NCBI GenBank assembly: GCA_041752695.1
Contig: JBGSVZ010000081.1
Location: 1 to 55,159 of the forward strand
DNA length: 55,159 nucleotides
Direction of reading: 5' to 3'
From: Terrimicrobiaceae bacterium
Lineage (GTDB): Bacteria; Verrucomicrobiota; Verrucomicrobiia; Chthoniobacterales; Terrimicrobiaceae
In this document: piece by piece, positions 1-11,454 of the stretch
How the letters are laid out: each line of letters starts with the position of its first letter
How positions within the stretch are numbered: the first letter of the stretch is position 1
Program-made: the position numbers and the translations under genes
Notes under the pieces: generated by a model
Told to the model about the DNA's origin: nothing
The model's input: only the letters and a program-made list of their open reading frames with translations
Databases searched by the model: none

Positions 1-1
1 A

Positions 2-1156
2 TACGGCGACGACGTGGCATCCTTTGATTGGAAAGATTGGGGACCGCTCAAAGCCGCCTTGCCTTGGGCCAGCACGACCTCAGCGGCTGCGGGGAGTTTC
101 CGCAAGGTCAGCGAGCTGGAAGCCGCCGGCATGAAGTCTGCCTGGGGTTGGTGCTGGGAACAAGCTGGCGTGGATAATATCACCGACCGCGGAGCACCGT
201 GGTCGCCCTTCTATGCCTCCAGCAAGAATAACGATGCCAGTTACAAAGTGCCGGCTGACTATCCCGGAAAGGTCCTCGCCCTTGACTGGACGGTCCGCGA
301 TCTCAATAAATCCCTGCACATTCACTCCGGCGAAGCGTGCCGCTTTAGTAGTGATCCCGATGAGCCCCGGCGAGGAAAGTTCCTTTACGGTCGGGCCATC
401 GAATACTGGAAGCAGCTTCTGGACGAATACCAGCAAAATACCGATTGGAACGACATGGTTCCCTTTCTCATCCAACAGGAGTCCCACGAGATGGAATGGT
501 CGTTCCCATGGACGGTGAACGAGGGCGATAACAAGCTCGAAGCTAACTGGCAGGCCGTGAACCAAAACGCCCTCGCGCTCGACGAGTTCTTCAAATACGC
601 CAAATCGAAGAATGTAACCTTTATGACCCAGCCGCAACTTACGGCGGCCATTCGGAAGAGCCATCCGGAAGTGACGCCCCCGATCTCCATGTTATTCCGC
701 GACATCCCCACGCAGGAACCTGTGGTCTATGTGAGCCCCGGCGCGCCGATCACGCCCGGACCTTATCCGTTGACGTTCCTGCATACGGATACTGAATGCC
801 AGATGGCCTTCCACGAGGGTGAACGTCTACCCAACATGGTCTATAACTACCGGCATCAGGCTGCCACGGATAATACGACAAGCTACGCCAGCGAGACGAA
901 GATTCCCACCATCACGAACTTCAAAAAAAACAAGTCCCAAGGCAAGGAGACGTGGGAAATTACCGTGGACAACCCGAATCCATATCCGTTTCCCATGGGT
1001 ATCACTGAGTGGGACAATTTTAGCGAAATAACAATCGTTCAGACGAGTGAAAACATGAAGGAGGTTAAGCCCATTGGCGAGGCCCTCCTGTTCCTGCGTG
1101 GCACCGCCTCACCAGATTCTCGCTCTACGTTCACCGTGCAATTCCAACGGAAGTGA
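2..1156 (+). CDS. Hypothetical protein, 5' end outside window; possibly carbohydrate-active, with a C-terminal beta-sandwich
   Basis: Frame is open from the window edge (tac ggc gac gac gtg). Protein-like composition with a WGWCWEQ..DNITDRG motif. Co-oriented with the downstream glycoside hydrolase. Confidence 0.7.
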   Translation, partial: YGDDVASFDWKDWGPLKAALPWASTTSAAAGSFRKVSELEAAGMKSAWGWCWEQAGVDNITDRGAPWSPFYASSKNNDASYKVPADYPGKVLALDWTVRDLNKSLHIHSGEACRFSSDPDEPRRGKFLYGRAIEYWKQLLDEYQQNTDWNDMVPFLIQQESHEMEWSFPWTVNEGDNKLEANWQAVNQNALALDEFFKYAKSKNVTFMTQPQLTAAIRKSHPEVTPPISMLFRDIPTQEPVVYVSPGAPITPGPYPLTFLHTDTECQMAFHEGERLPNMVYNYRHQAATDNTTSYASETKIPTITNFKKNKSQGKETWEITVDNPNPYPFPMGITEWDNFSEITIVQTSENMKEVKPIGEALLFLRGTASPDSRSTFTVQFQRK

Positions 1157-1194
1157 CGTCATATCCAAAGTAATCCCTCCCAATTTTGATCCCG

Positions 1195-4100
1195 ATGAAA
1201 CCGCCAATTATAAGCCCATCTTGCCGATTCCACCGCTCCCTCCTCTTGGCTCAGGGCGTGGCTCTTCTGTTCACTTGTCTGCCGCTGCTTGCGGAAAACA
1301 TTGATTTGCCGGATGCGGATTTTGAAAATGGAGCGGAGGGGTGGGCGGTTTCGAGCGGAGGGGAGGTGATTGAGGCTCCGGCCACGGCAGGGAAGTCCCT
1401 GAAGGATGGGGTGCTGGCCTTGCCTCCGGGTGCTTTCGCAAACGGCTTTCTGGATATTGTGCCACAGGCTAACACCTCCTATATTTTGTCCGCGACCCTG
1501 GCACCCACCCAGTCGGAACTCCCTGCAAATGGAAAGCTCGCCATTTTTCTCTACCGCGGCACCGACTCCCGGTATGTGGCCGAGGCCCATAGCGTATGGG
1601 CCGGTGTCTACGAGCCGGTAGTGGTCCGTGTGCAATATAACTGTGAGGCTGCCCCCGAAGAGGGATGGAAGCTCGGAGTGCAGATCATGAGTCAAGACCG
1701 CGGGATGATGGCCGACGCTGTCAGCTTCTCCTCCGAACCCTTGGCCGAACCGATCCGCCTGGAAGGAAGGTTCGGCCAAGTCGAGATCGACCCACAAAAC
1801 CCGGCCCTTAAATCGTTTACACTCCGCCGGGCGGACGGCACGCTCGAGCCCCACTCGCTGCTCTCCCCGAAGGGCGCACCCTGGCAGCGGGGAATGATGG
1901 GGTGGGGGACGCAGGCGCTGACGTTTGCGGCCGATGAGACCGGTCGGCGCTTCGAGAGCCGGAACCGCCCGCCGGAGTCGGTGGAAAAAAACGACGAAGG
2001 CATCACCCTACGTGGGATTGTGCTCTCCGACGGCGTGGGCGAGCCGGTGGCGAAAGAGGATTGGACGCTGAAAGCCGATGGCGACGAACTGGTCTGGACG
2101 GTGGAGCGAACATGGCTGCGTGAACTCGCGACGACCACCACGGGAACCCCGGCCCTGTTTTTTAGCACACGTGCAATCAGCCCGAATCCCTCGACGATTC
2201 TGCCCAACTCGGTGGCTACGACGTTCTGGATCGCGCCGGGCAAGCTTCACGGCTGGCATAATCCCTTTTACCGTCCCGCCGCACAGCCGTTCGAATGCAA
2301 GCTGGCGCTGGACAACAACATGGTCGTCACCGAGCCCGGCGGCTGGGCGATATTAAAGCTCTTCCCGGCTTGGCAAAACGACAGCGAACCGCGCTTTGCT
2401 GCCGAGGGCGGGCACCTCTACCGGCGAGGGCATTTCGGCTGGCTCAGTGAGGCCGGAATCGTCTCCCACCCGAATGACAAGCGAGTTTACAAAGTCGGCG
2501 AAAAGGAAAAAACCACCCTCCGTCTCGGTCCCGTGGCTGCCAGGGCCAGCGGCCACCAGCTCGCTGTGCGGGCCGAGGATCCGAGCGGAACCCTCGACAC
2601 CATCACCGGCTTTTACGGAGCACTCTTCAACGGCGGCTGCATCAACGATCAGGTGCATTTCAACTTCGGCAACGAAACCGACGGCTGGTATTACGGAGGA
2701 GCCTCCTGGATGAAAGGCCTGCCATTTCTCGCGGGAGCGCCCGCACCGGACGCCACCTCCTCGCGGCCTTTGGAACTTCCCCGCGCGTTTCGCGACAACC
2801 TGCAAATGATTCTCGGCACGGAATTCGAACCGGGCCGCACGCGTTTCGGCTATAACACAAGTGGCGCTTACACCGACGACAACATCATCCAAGTCATCGG
2901 CGGCCGGGCCTACTATCTCTACTCGGGCGATATCGCTTTCGTCCGCCAGAACCTGTCATTTTACCGCCGCGCTGTCGCTTGGTATTTGAATCATAGGAAT
3001 TCGGAGGGACTAGTTGAGTTGCCTGGGGTTTCCCACTGGTATTACGATGCAATGTATGCATCGGGGGTCACGACTTACCACAATGCTTTTCTCTACCGTG
3101 CGCTGCGGGATCTGGCTGAAATGGAGCGGGCCGCAGACAACACTAAGGAAGCGGCTGCCTTAGAGATCGAGGCAGCCAACCTTAAGAAGTCCATCAACAA
3201 CGTCCTCTGGTGGGAGGACGCACCAAACGGGCCGCGCTACGTCGATTGGATTATGCCTGACGGCACAAAAATTGCCTATGCCGCCGACCTCTGCCAGTTC
3301 CCGCCACTTGCCTTCGGTATCGCGTCGCCGGAACAGGCCAAAAAGCTCATCGCAACGATCGACCGCCGCATCGCCGAACTCGAACGCGAGAACGGTTATG
3401 CCGGCTATGCCTCACGCTCCGCCTACTGGCCCGTTCCCGCCAGCGTGAATACCCATCCCGCCAACCAAGGATTTGGTAACTACATGAATGGGGGATCTTT
3501 CCTGGCGATGACCTATTGGGAAATCATGGCCCGGGCAGCCGCGGGCGATGCTGAGGGGGCGTGGAGCCGTCTCAAAAAATTTGCGGAAGGCACCCGTCTC
3601 ACCGGCGAAAAGGGTTTCATCGGCAACAACTGGGTCATGCAGGATGGCCGCATCGGCTTCGGCGCTTGCGATGAACCATATCTCGCCGATGCCATCGCCG
3701 TGTCCGGCGCTCTCGTGCAGGGCATTCTCGGGATCCGCCAGACGAACGAAACACTGGAGGTGAGTCCGGTTCTGCCCGCCGCCCTGCAAAAAATTTCCGC
3801 CGAGGTCGTGCATCTGGGCATACGCAAACGGGTGATGATTGATGGCAAAAACGTGAAGATCGAGGAACTTGGACGCGCGTTCACGCCGCCAGCCCAACTT
3901 ACATGGTGCGTCAGCGCCGGCAGCCCGCCAGCGGCCGCGCTTTACATTGACCGCACGTTTGAAAGCGGCGGCGAGTGGTCCGCCACGCCGGAAATCCAGA
4001 TTAAGCGAGGCGAGGGCATCCGGCTCCAGCGAATGCCGATCTCTCCGCTCGCAGGCCTATGGAAACTCGACGACAAAGCGCCCGGATCGGTTGCTAATGC

Positions 4101-5007
4101 CAGTGAGTATGAGGTTTCAGGCCAGGCAACGGCCAACGTGGTCTTCCAATCTCCCGACCGTCACGGAAAGCCCGCTGCCGCGAACTTCGCGGGTGGGGCG
4201 GAAATTGTGGTGGGCAACGTCGCACCATTTACCTTCACTCCGGAACAGAGCTTCACCCTCCAAGCCTGGTTCCAGACAGATTCGCTGGAAAATCAGGTCT
4301 TCCTGGCTCGGCCTGGCGCTTATTCGCTGGGCTTAAAAAATGGCCGCCTCGCGGCGTGGACGATGCAGGATGGCGACACCGTCGTCGAAGCTGTCGGGGA
4401 CACCGACGCTGCCGACGGGAAATGGCATCATGCCGCTGTCGTCGTTGACCGCGAGTCCCAAACGCTCTCGCTCTACCTGGATGGAGAGCCGGATTGTGAA
4501 CCAATGAACATCGCAGCTATCGGCGTGACCAGCAGTGCCTCTCCTCTGGTGATTGGCGGCTTTGGCGGGTCGTTTCCATTCAAAGGCACGCTGGACGAAA
4601 TTTCTGTCCACCGCGCGGCACTTTCACCCGCCGACCTCTCATTCAGCACCGCCTCGTCGCCGGCTCTCAAATCTGAGCTCGGCGCGCAAACCGGCAGCTA
4701 CACAGCGGCTCCCTGCGACTGGGGGCAAGCGGTGCAAGTGACCTCCCTGCGCACAAACGCCGTGATCAAAGAAGGAACGATCACCGCCAAAGTGGAAACA
4801 TCGAACGACGGATTCAACACCGTCGCCGAAACGTGTGAAGTCAAACTGATGCCCGGCGATCAAACGACTCCCCTTGACGGACTTCAGCCCGCCAGCCATG
4901 CCCGTATCGTTTTTACCCTTGCCACTCCCGCCTCCGCGCAGCACAGCCCGATGCTTGCCTCCGCCGAGTTGGTCGGCATTCCCACGGCAAAATCCTCACA
5001 ACCCTGA
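1195..5007 (+). CDS. Secreted multidomain glycoside hydrolase: CBM-like N-terminus, (alpha/alpha)6 six-hairpin catalytic domain (GH78/rhamnosidase-like), LamG jelly-roll
   Basis: Signal-peptide-like N-terminus (ATG at 1195; ORF track starts at TTG 1186) and DFENG..GW CBM-like motif. YYLYSGD..F...YRRAVAWY, YHNAFLYRALRDLAEM and YMNGG are six-hairpin glycosidase-like segments. WHHAAVV..LYLDG and FKGTLDEI are LamG motifs. Confidence 0.8.
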   Translation: MKPPIISPSCRFHRSLLLAQGVALLFTCLPLLAENIDLPDADFENGAEGWAVSSGGEVIEAPATAGKSLKDGVLALPPGAFANGFLDIVPQANTSYILSATLAPTQSELPANGKLAIFLYRGTDSRYVAEAHSVWAGVYEPVVVRVQYNCEAAPEEGWKLGVQIMSQDRGMMADAVSFSSEPLAEPIRLEGRFGQVEIDPQNPALKSFTLRRADGTLEPHSLLSPKGAPWQRGMMGWGTQALTFAADETGRRFESRNRPPESVEKNDEGITLRGIVLSDGVGEPVAKEDWTLKADGDELVWTVERTWLRELATTTTGTPALFFSTRAISPNPSTILPNSVATTFWIAPGKLHGWHNPFYRPAAQPFECKLALDNNMVVTEPGGWAILKLFPAWQNDSEPRFAAEGGHLYRRGHFGWLSEAGIVSHPNDKRVYKVGEKEKTTLRLGPVAARASGHQLAVRAEDPSGTLDTITGFYGALFNGGCINDQVHFNFGNETDGWYYGGASWMKGLPFLAGAPAPDATSSRPLELPRAFRDNLQMILGTEFEPGRTRFGYNTSGAYTDDNIIQVIGGRAYYLYSGDIAFVRQNLSFYRRAVAWYLNHRNSEGLVELPGVSHWYYDAMYASGVTTYHNAFLYRALRDLAEMERAADNTKEAAALEIEAANLKKSINNVLWWEDAPNGPRYVDWIMPDGTKIAYAADLCQFPPLAFGIASPEQAKKLIATIDRRIAELERENGYAGYASRSAYWPVPASVNTHPANQGFGNYMNGGSFLAMTYWEIMARAAAGDAEGAWSRLKKFAEGTRLTGEKGFIGNNWVMQDGRIGFGACDEPYLADAIAVSGALVQGILGIRQTNETLEVSPVLPAALQKISAEVVHLGIRKRVMIDGKNVKIEELGRAFTPPAQLTWCVSAGSPPAAALYIDRTFESGGEWSATPEIQIKRGEGIRLQRMPISPLAGLWKLDDKAPGSVANASEYEVSGQATANVVFQSPDRHGKPAAANFAGGAEIVVGNVAPFTFTPEQSFTLQAWFQTDSLENQVFLARPGAYSLGLKNGRLAAWTMQDGDTVVEAVGDTDAADGKWHHAAVVVDRESQTLSLYLDGEPDCEPMNIAAIGVTSSASPLVIGGFGGSFPFKGTLDEISVHRAALSPADLSFSTASSPALKSELGAQTGSYTAAPCDWGQAVQVTSLRTNAVIKEGTITAKVETSNDGFNTVAETCEVKLMPGDQTTPLDGLQPASHARIVFTLATPASAQHSPMLASAELVGIPTAKSSQP

Positions 5008-5082
5008 AAGTGAATACCGACAGATCGAAGATTCATCCCGATCGAGTGGGTATGTGATTGATCCTTGATTAATTCCTGTTCT

Positions 5083-6320
<1,238 letters not shown>

Positions 6321-6324
<4 letters not shown>

Positions 6325-7076
6325 ACACCACCTCGCCGGATTTCCTCTGCCTCAACGGCAAGATCGCTATCGTCACCGGTGCTGCCCGCGGCCTTGGCGC
6401 CGCAACAGCAAATCTCCTTGCGCGGCGTGGTGCTCGTGTGGCGGCGCTCGACTTGCATTGGCAGGGCTCACTTCCCCCCGATTCTCAGGAAAACATCACG
6501 ACTTTTACTGGTGACGTCTCACAGGTGGCGGCAATGCAGGCATTTGTCGCGAAGGTCGTCGAGGCGTTCGGACGCATAGACATCCTTGTGAACAATGCAG
6601 CCATCTGCCCACGGTTGCCGTTCTACGAATCCACCGAGGCCGATTGGGAAAAGCTCATGAGCGTCAATGCCAAGAGCCAGTTTTTCCTCTGTCAGGCCGT
6701 GTGCGGAGTCATGAAGTCCCATGGCGGAGGGCGCATCATCAACGTCGCCTCCACTGGGGGTCGCGTCGGCTCTGTCTCGAACGCGAGCATCTACAGCGGC
6801 ACCAAGGGTGCCATCGTCATGTTCACAAAATCCATCGCCCGCGAGGTCGCCGCAGACGGTATTCTCGTTAACTGCATCGCTCCCGGCGCGATGGATACCG
6901 AACTCATGCATAACCTTTCGGATGAGCAACGGAAAACTTTCACCAACCAAGTCCCCTTGAAAAGGCTCGGACATCCGAACGAAGTGGCAAGCTTCATTGC
7001 ATTTATGGCCTCTGACGGGTTCAGTTATTCCACGGGTGCCACCTACGACGTCAACGGTGGATGGGTGATGCTGTAA
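6321..7076 (+). CDS. SDR family NAD(P)-dependent oxidoreductase (FabG-like)
   Basis: TGAARGLG Rossmann motif, NNAA and catalytic YSGTK. The GTG start overlaps the P450 stop (GTGA), indicating translational coupling. Confidence 0.93.
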
Positions 7077-8183
7077 GTGAGCAATGCCAAAACTAAACAG
7101 ACCGAAATGAAGCAACTCTCGTGCGGCGTGCTTGGTGCAGGATGGTGGGCCTGCGAAGCGCACCTTCCCGCACTTCAAGCCCACCCTAGCGCCAAAATCA
7201 CCGCCGTGCAAAAACGCAGCCGGGACGCCGCAGAAAAAGTAGCCCGCGACTTCGGTGCCAAGCGAGCCTGCACCACCATCGAGGAAATGCTGGCCCCCGG
7301 CGACCTCGACGCCCTGATCATTGCCTCCACTCCCAACATGCACTTCGCGCATGCCAAAGAGGCCCTCGAAGCGGGGCTGCATGTGCTTATTGAGAAGCCC
7401 ATGACGCTTTCTGCCGCTGAAGCAGAGGAACTCTGGGATCTTGCGGAAAGCCGCAACCTGCAGTTTCTTGTAAGCTGTCCGTGGCATTACACGCCTCACA
7501 CCATCGAAGCCGCCCGGCTGATCCGCGATGGGGCACTGGGCGACTTGAAAATGATCAGCGTGCTCATGACAAACTTCGTGGAAGGCCTCTACAAAGGCCT
7601 GCCATGGGGGCAGACCTTCAGCCAGGAGACTCAGACGGCACAAAACGCCGCTCAGCCATACATCGCACCCAACCTCAATTCCTACAGCGATCCGGAAGTG
7701 GGAGGTGGCGGCCATGTCTATTGCCAGATTTCGCATGTTGCCGCGCTCATCGACTTCTTGACCGGGCTACCAGTTCGCGAGGTGTTCGCGCGTTTCGACT
7801 GCGCCGGCACTCAGGTCGATGTCTATAATGCCATCAACTTGACCCTTGGCAGCGGCACACTCGTTTCCATCGCAAGCCACGGGGCTCCCATTCACACCGA
7901 CCGTCAATTCGAACTGCGCATCTACGGCACATCGGGCATGCTCCTCATGGATCTTTGGAAGGGCCTGATGGAATTCCATCCCGCCTCGGGCCACGTCGTA
8001 AAATGTCCGCCCCTTGCGGAGGAACAAGCCTATCCGATGTTTTCCCCGGCACAAAACTTCGTCGATTGCGCGCTGGGCACCGCACCCAATGGCTCACCCG
8101 CCCGCCATGGCGTCTTTGCCATGCGCATCATCGAGGCCGCCTGCAAATCCGCCGCAACAGGCCAAAACGTTTGTTACGCATAA
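7077..8183 (+). CDS. Gfo/Idh/MocA family oxidoreductase
   Basis: GVLGAGWWA Rossmann motif, HVLIEKP and GGG..Y..ISH. Starts immediately after the SDR stop. Confidence 0.92.
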   Translation: MSNAKTKQTEMKQLSCGVLGAGWWACEAHLPALQAHPSAKITAVQKRSRDAAEKVARDFGAKRACTTIEEMLAPGDLDALIIASTPNMHFAHAKEALEAGLHVLIEKPMTLSAAEAEELWDLAESRNLQFLVSCPWHYTPHTIEAARLIRDGALGDLKMISVLMTNFVEGLYKGLPWGQTFSQETQTAQNAAQPYIAPNLNSYSDPEVGGGGHVYCQISHVAALIDFLTGLPVREVFARFDCAGTQVDVYNAINLTLGSGTLVSIASHGAPIHTDRQFELRIYGTSGMLLMDLWKGLMEFHPASGHVVKCPPLAEEQAYPMFSPAQNFVDCALGTAPNGSPARHGVFAMRIIEAACKSAATGQNVCYA

Positions 8184-8194
8184 ATCGTCGGGCT

Positions 8195-9253
8195 CTATCT
8201 TGGGGGCGCCGTAGATTCGCGGACCAACAGGTGGGCGGCAACACGAGAGGTTTGCGTGGGTCTGGAGGCGGCGTTCAGCCGATCGAGCAACATGCGTGCT
8301 CCACCTTTGGCCACAGCTTGATTGTCGAATTCGACAGTCGTGAGTGCAGGAATGAAAAGCTCACCAATATTGGTATATTCAATGCGCGACGTGCCAAAGC
8401 TGCACAAGGAAACGTCCTGTGGCACGGAAATCCCAGCATCGTGCAGTGGGCGATATAACTGAAATGCGATCAGATCGTTGACACAAATTATTGCGGTCGG
8501 TGGCGTTCTGCCTGCCAGTGCCACCAAGATATTCTTGAGCCAATCATGGGCCTTCGCACTTATCACCTTAAGGGATGAAGGCTTCAAACCTTTTTCCGCC
8601 AGAGATTTCTTTACGCCGTTCAATCGCTCACGCGCCGGACGATTGGGTGAGTCACCCATCCCGACGTAGAGGTAGCGTCGATGGCCCAAGGAAAAGAGAT
8701 GATCCACCAACTGTATCGCTGCATATGCGTCGTCTGACACTATGGAATCGAATTGAAATCCCTGCAAATATCCAAAAACAACGACAGGTATGGGGTTGGC
8801 TTCCAGTTGCCGCAAATGGGACACATTACCGTCTCCCAACCAATCTGATACGGGTAGTATCATCATCCCATCAACCCGATTATCGAGCATTTTCTCGATG
8901 TTGGCTTGCTCGCGCTCCACGCTTTGCTCGGAGTCAGCAATAAGAAACTCGTAACCTTCCGGTCGAACTTCGCGCTCCAAGGTGTGAAAATACTCCAGAT
9001 ACGCAGTGTTCCGGAGATCCGATGCGAGGAACCCAAAAAGATGGCTTTTTTTTGTCACCAGCCTCCGCGCGGCTCGATTCGGCCGATAACCGAGGCTTTC
9101 CGCGGTGCTGAGGATCCGCTCACGTTTTTCCGCCTTAACGCCGCAAATTCCTGTCATGACCCTTGAGACGCTGGCGGTGGAGACCTTGCAGATTCGAGCA
9201 ATATCCACAATGGTCGCCGTCGATTGGGGCTTGGTTGCTCGTCTTTTTAACAT
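8195..9253 (-). CDS. LacI family transcriptional regulator
   Basis: HTH TIVDIARICKVSTASVSRV, LGYRPN hinge, and C-terminal PALTTV and LLVREST. Confidence 0.95.
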   Translation of the reverse strand: MLKRRATKPQSTATIVDIARICKVSTASVSRVMTGICGVKAEKRERILSTAESLGYRPNRAARRLVTKKSHLFGFLASDLRNTAYLEYFHTLEREVRPEGYEFLIADSEQSVEREQANIEKMLDNRVDGMMILPVSDWLGDGNVSHLRQLEANPIPVVVFGYLQGFQFDSIVSDDAYAAIQLVDHLFSLGHRRYLYVGMGDSPNRPARERLNGVKKSLAEKGLKPSSLKVISAKAHDWLKNILVALAGRTPPTAIICVNDLIAFQLYRPLHDAGISVPQDVSLCSFGTSRIEYTNIGELFIPALTTVEFDNQAVAKGGARMLLDRLNAASRPTQTSRVAAHLLVRESTAPPR

Positions 9254-9560
9254 GCTTCTTGATTGCTGTGGGGTCGTAGAGTTGAGGCATACTGGAACTT
9301 CGACGAGGCGAAAAACAAGCCTATTGCGCGATCAAGGTTCCGATTTCTTGTCATCGAGCCCGTCAAGCGGCGATGACGAAAGGTGAATCTTTCAAGTTCA
9401 TACAATTAAACTCTCGGTTCGGTCGGGGCGGAGAAGTTTTTCTGCGATTGGACTTCACTCCGGCCCCAGATGGGGCTCGCGCGCCAGGCTCTCGGGGAGC
9501 GGACCAGTGTGGTCCCAGTTGGGGTGTATCCAAACACATCCAACAAAAACCCACACATAA

Positions 9561-9700
9561 CTCGCTGTCTTTGCCCTTCCCGACGCCCATCAGTGCCATC
9601 GAACGCGTCAACAAGGAAGTCAAACGCAGAACCCGCGTAGCCTCCCCCCTTTCCAAACGTAGCCTACCTCCTTCGCCTCATCTCGGCTCTCTTCTTCTAA
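9561..9700 (+). mobile_element. IS256-family transposase remnant (C-terminal fragment, frameshifted)
   Basis: Across frames it reads LAVFALPDAHQ / AIERVNKEVKRRTRVAS / FPNVAYLLRLISALF, the conserved IS256 C-terminal ER-N-E-KRR-R...FPN...LRL signature. Confidence 0.75.
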
Positions 9701-9783
9701 AATTACTTTAGGGCCACGGTGGAGATGTTTTGAAGCGACGGCAATTTGGCGCTGCCGCAGGACGTGATTTTATCATCGACTTT

Positions 9784-10320
9784 TTAGTTCTTGTTTACAA
9801 GAAAGGCGCACCGTTTGCGAAGAACCGAAAAATTAATGGCTATTGGACGGAGGGACATCTTTGCCGGGAGGGTCCACCCGTCGATCCATCGGCTTGGCAA
9901 AGTGACTTCCATCGGGTAAAGGGGAACGCCCCGTTCATTTCGATTGATTTGTCCGACAACGAGATTGATCGAGGCCATTCCGATCGCCTGATGATTCTGA
10001 TCAATTCCCGCCCAACCGCTGACGTCGGAACAAAGGTTGAGGTGAATGACACCGAAATCTTCGGGGACTCGAAATCCCTCAGAGCGCAACTCGGGAATGA
10101 TGGAGTTTTCTTGACAAATGACCACGTCCGGCTTTTCGGACCGAATCCATTTTTTTAAGGACTCGGATCGGAGGTTTGGAGTCCAACTCACACGGTTTTT
10201 CGGATCCTGGCCAAGTTGATCGAGAAGAAACTCGGCGGCTGTTTCCCGGTTGTTCAGGTCGTTGTGATAGGCAGACAACTATAGTCCCGGGCGACGATAT
10301 CCTGCCGCACGGAGATGGGT
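9784..10320 (-). pseudogene. Truncated LacI-type regulator (ligand-binding domain only, internal stop)
   Basis: Reads THLRAAGYRRPGL*LSAYHND...KPDVVI...RVPEDFGV...AGIDQN...NERGVP. In-frame TAG at 10279-10281 and no HTH upstream. Confidence 0.75.
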
Positions 10321-10741
10321 AACCGGTGGCCGCGTTACCAAACTCGAACGACTCTGAAAAGGAATGGCACTTTAGCACTTTCTGTTATTTAGACGCCATG
10401 GTGTTTTCGTGATCGTAGAATGGAGTGTCGGGGTGTTTGATATCTGATCCATCCTCCTGTTTTGAACGGTAGACGTGGCCAAGAAAGTTTGGCTTCCAAA
10501 CCTCTTTTGCACCCGTTCGTTTCAGTTTCTCGTCCAGAGGTAATCTCTGACCGTGGGTGACAAGATCCGGCCGTGCTACCACGTTCAGAACTGGATATGG
10601 CCGGACCCATCCCGGCGATCAATGACTTTCTTGAGGTTTTGATCACAGCTTTGCTTGTAGGAAAAAGATGGGTGGGAGTGGAGGGATTGAACCTCCGCCT
10701 TGTCTTGCGACTGACTTCCACCATCGGCTGTTCCGGTTGAA

Positions 10742-11342
10742 CCCAGATCATGCAATAGAAGCAGAGGAATGAAGGAGGAGGTCGTAAGGAAGAGGGGTTG
10801 GCGGCTATGGTAAGATCACCGTGATGGAGAATCTGCCAATCGCATACTCGGACAAGCCGATGACGCCGTTTGGCGGGATGGCATTGATGAAACGATTCGT
10901 CGACCAGACAGGTATCCGGGAGTGTCTGAGGGGGCTGGAGCTGCCGCGGGGTGGATCGAATCGGGCCTACGAAGCGGAGCATGTCATCGAGGGGTTTTGG
11001 CTTGGGATCTGGACGGGCGCGAGCCGTTACATCCACTGCGACTGGCTGCGGCAGGATGAGACGCTGGCGGCGATCTTTGGCTACGAGAGTCTGCCGAGCC
11101 AGAGCACCTACAGCCGGTTTTTTGGAAAGTTCTCCCAGGCGCGCAACACGGCAGTGTTCCCGCCCTTGCAGCGCTGGTATTTTTTGCAGCTCAACATCGG
11201 GGCGGTGACGGTGGACTTCGACAGCACGGTCATCACGCGCGAAGGGGCCCAGGAAGGTTCGGCCAAAGGATATGACCCCAATCGCAGGGGGCGCAACTCG
11301 CACCACCCGCTCACGGCCTTCATCAGCCAGACGCGCATGGTG
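10742..11342 (+). mobile_element. IS1380-family element, 3'-truncated (N-terminal ~175 aa of transposase, ORF 10821-11357)
   Basis: MTPFGGMALM, LPSQSTYSRF, VDFDSTV..R.G.QEG...GY.P..RGR.SHHPL are IS1380 (DDE_Tnp_1_4-like) motifs. Similarity stops at QTRMV. A putative IRL CCCAGATCATGC lies at 10742. Confidence 0.85.
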
Positions 11343-11454
11343 CGCCACATTATGTAAGAAGCTTGCCTGACGCTACACTAAAGATGTGAAATATTCTCAT
11401 TTGGATTGACATTTTTTATCATCCTGCCATCAACTTGACTACTTCCCAGGAAAA

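Noticed and set aside
10385..10620. Short minus-strand ORF that may be a gene remnant
   Set aside because: No recognisable motif or credible start, so it cannot be supported without a homology search.
11339..11361. dif-like sequence GGTGCGCCACATTATGTAAGAA at the IS1380 truncation point
   Set aside because: It lacks the 6-bp spacer between XerC and XerD arms, and the left part is simply transposase coding sequence.
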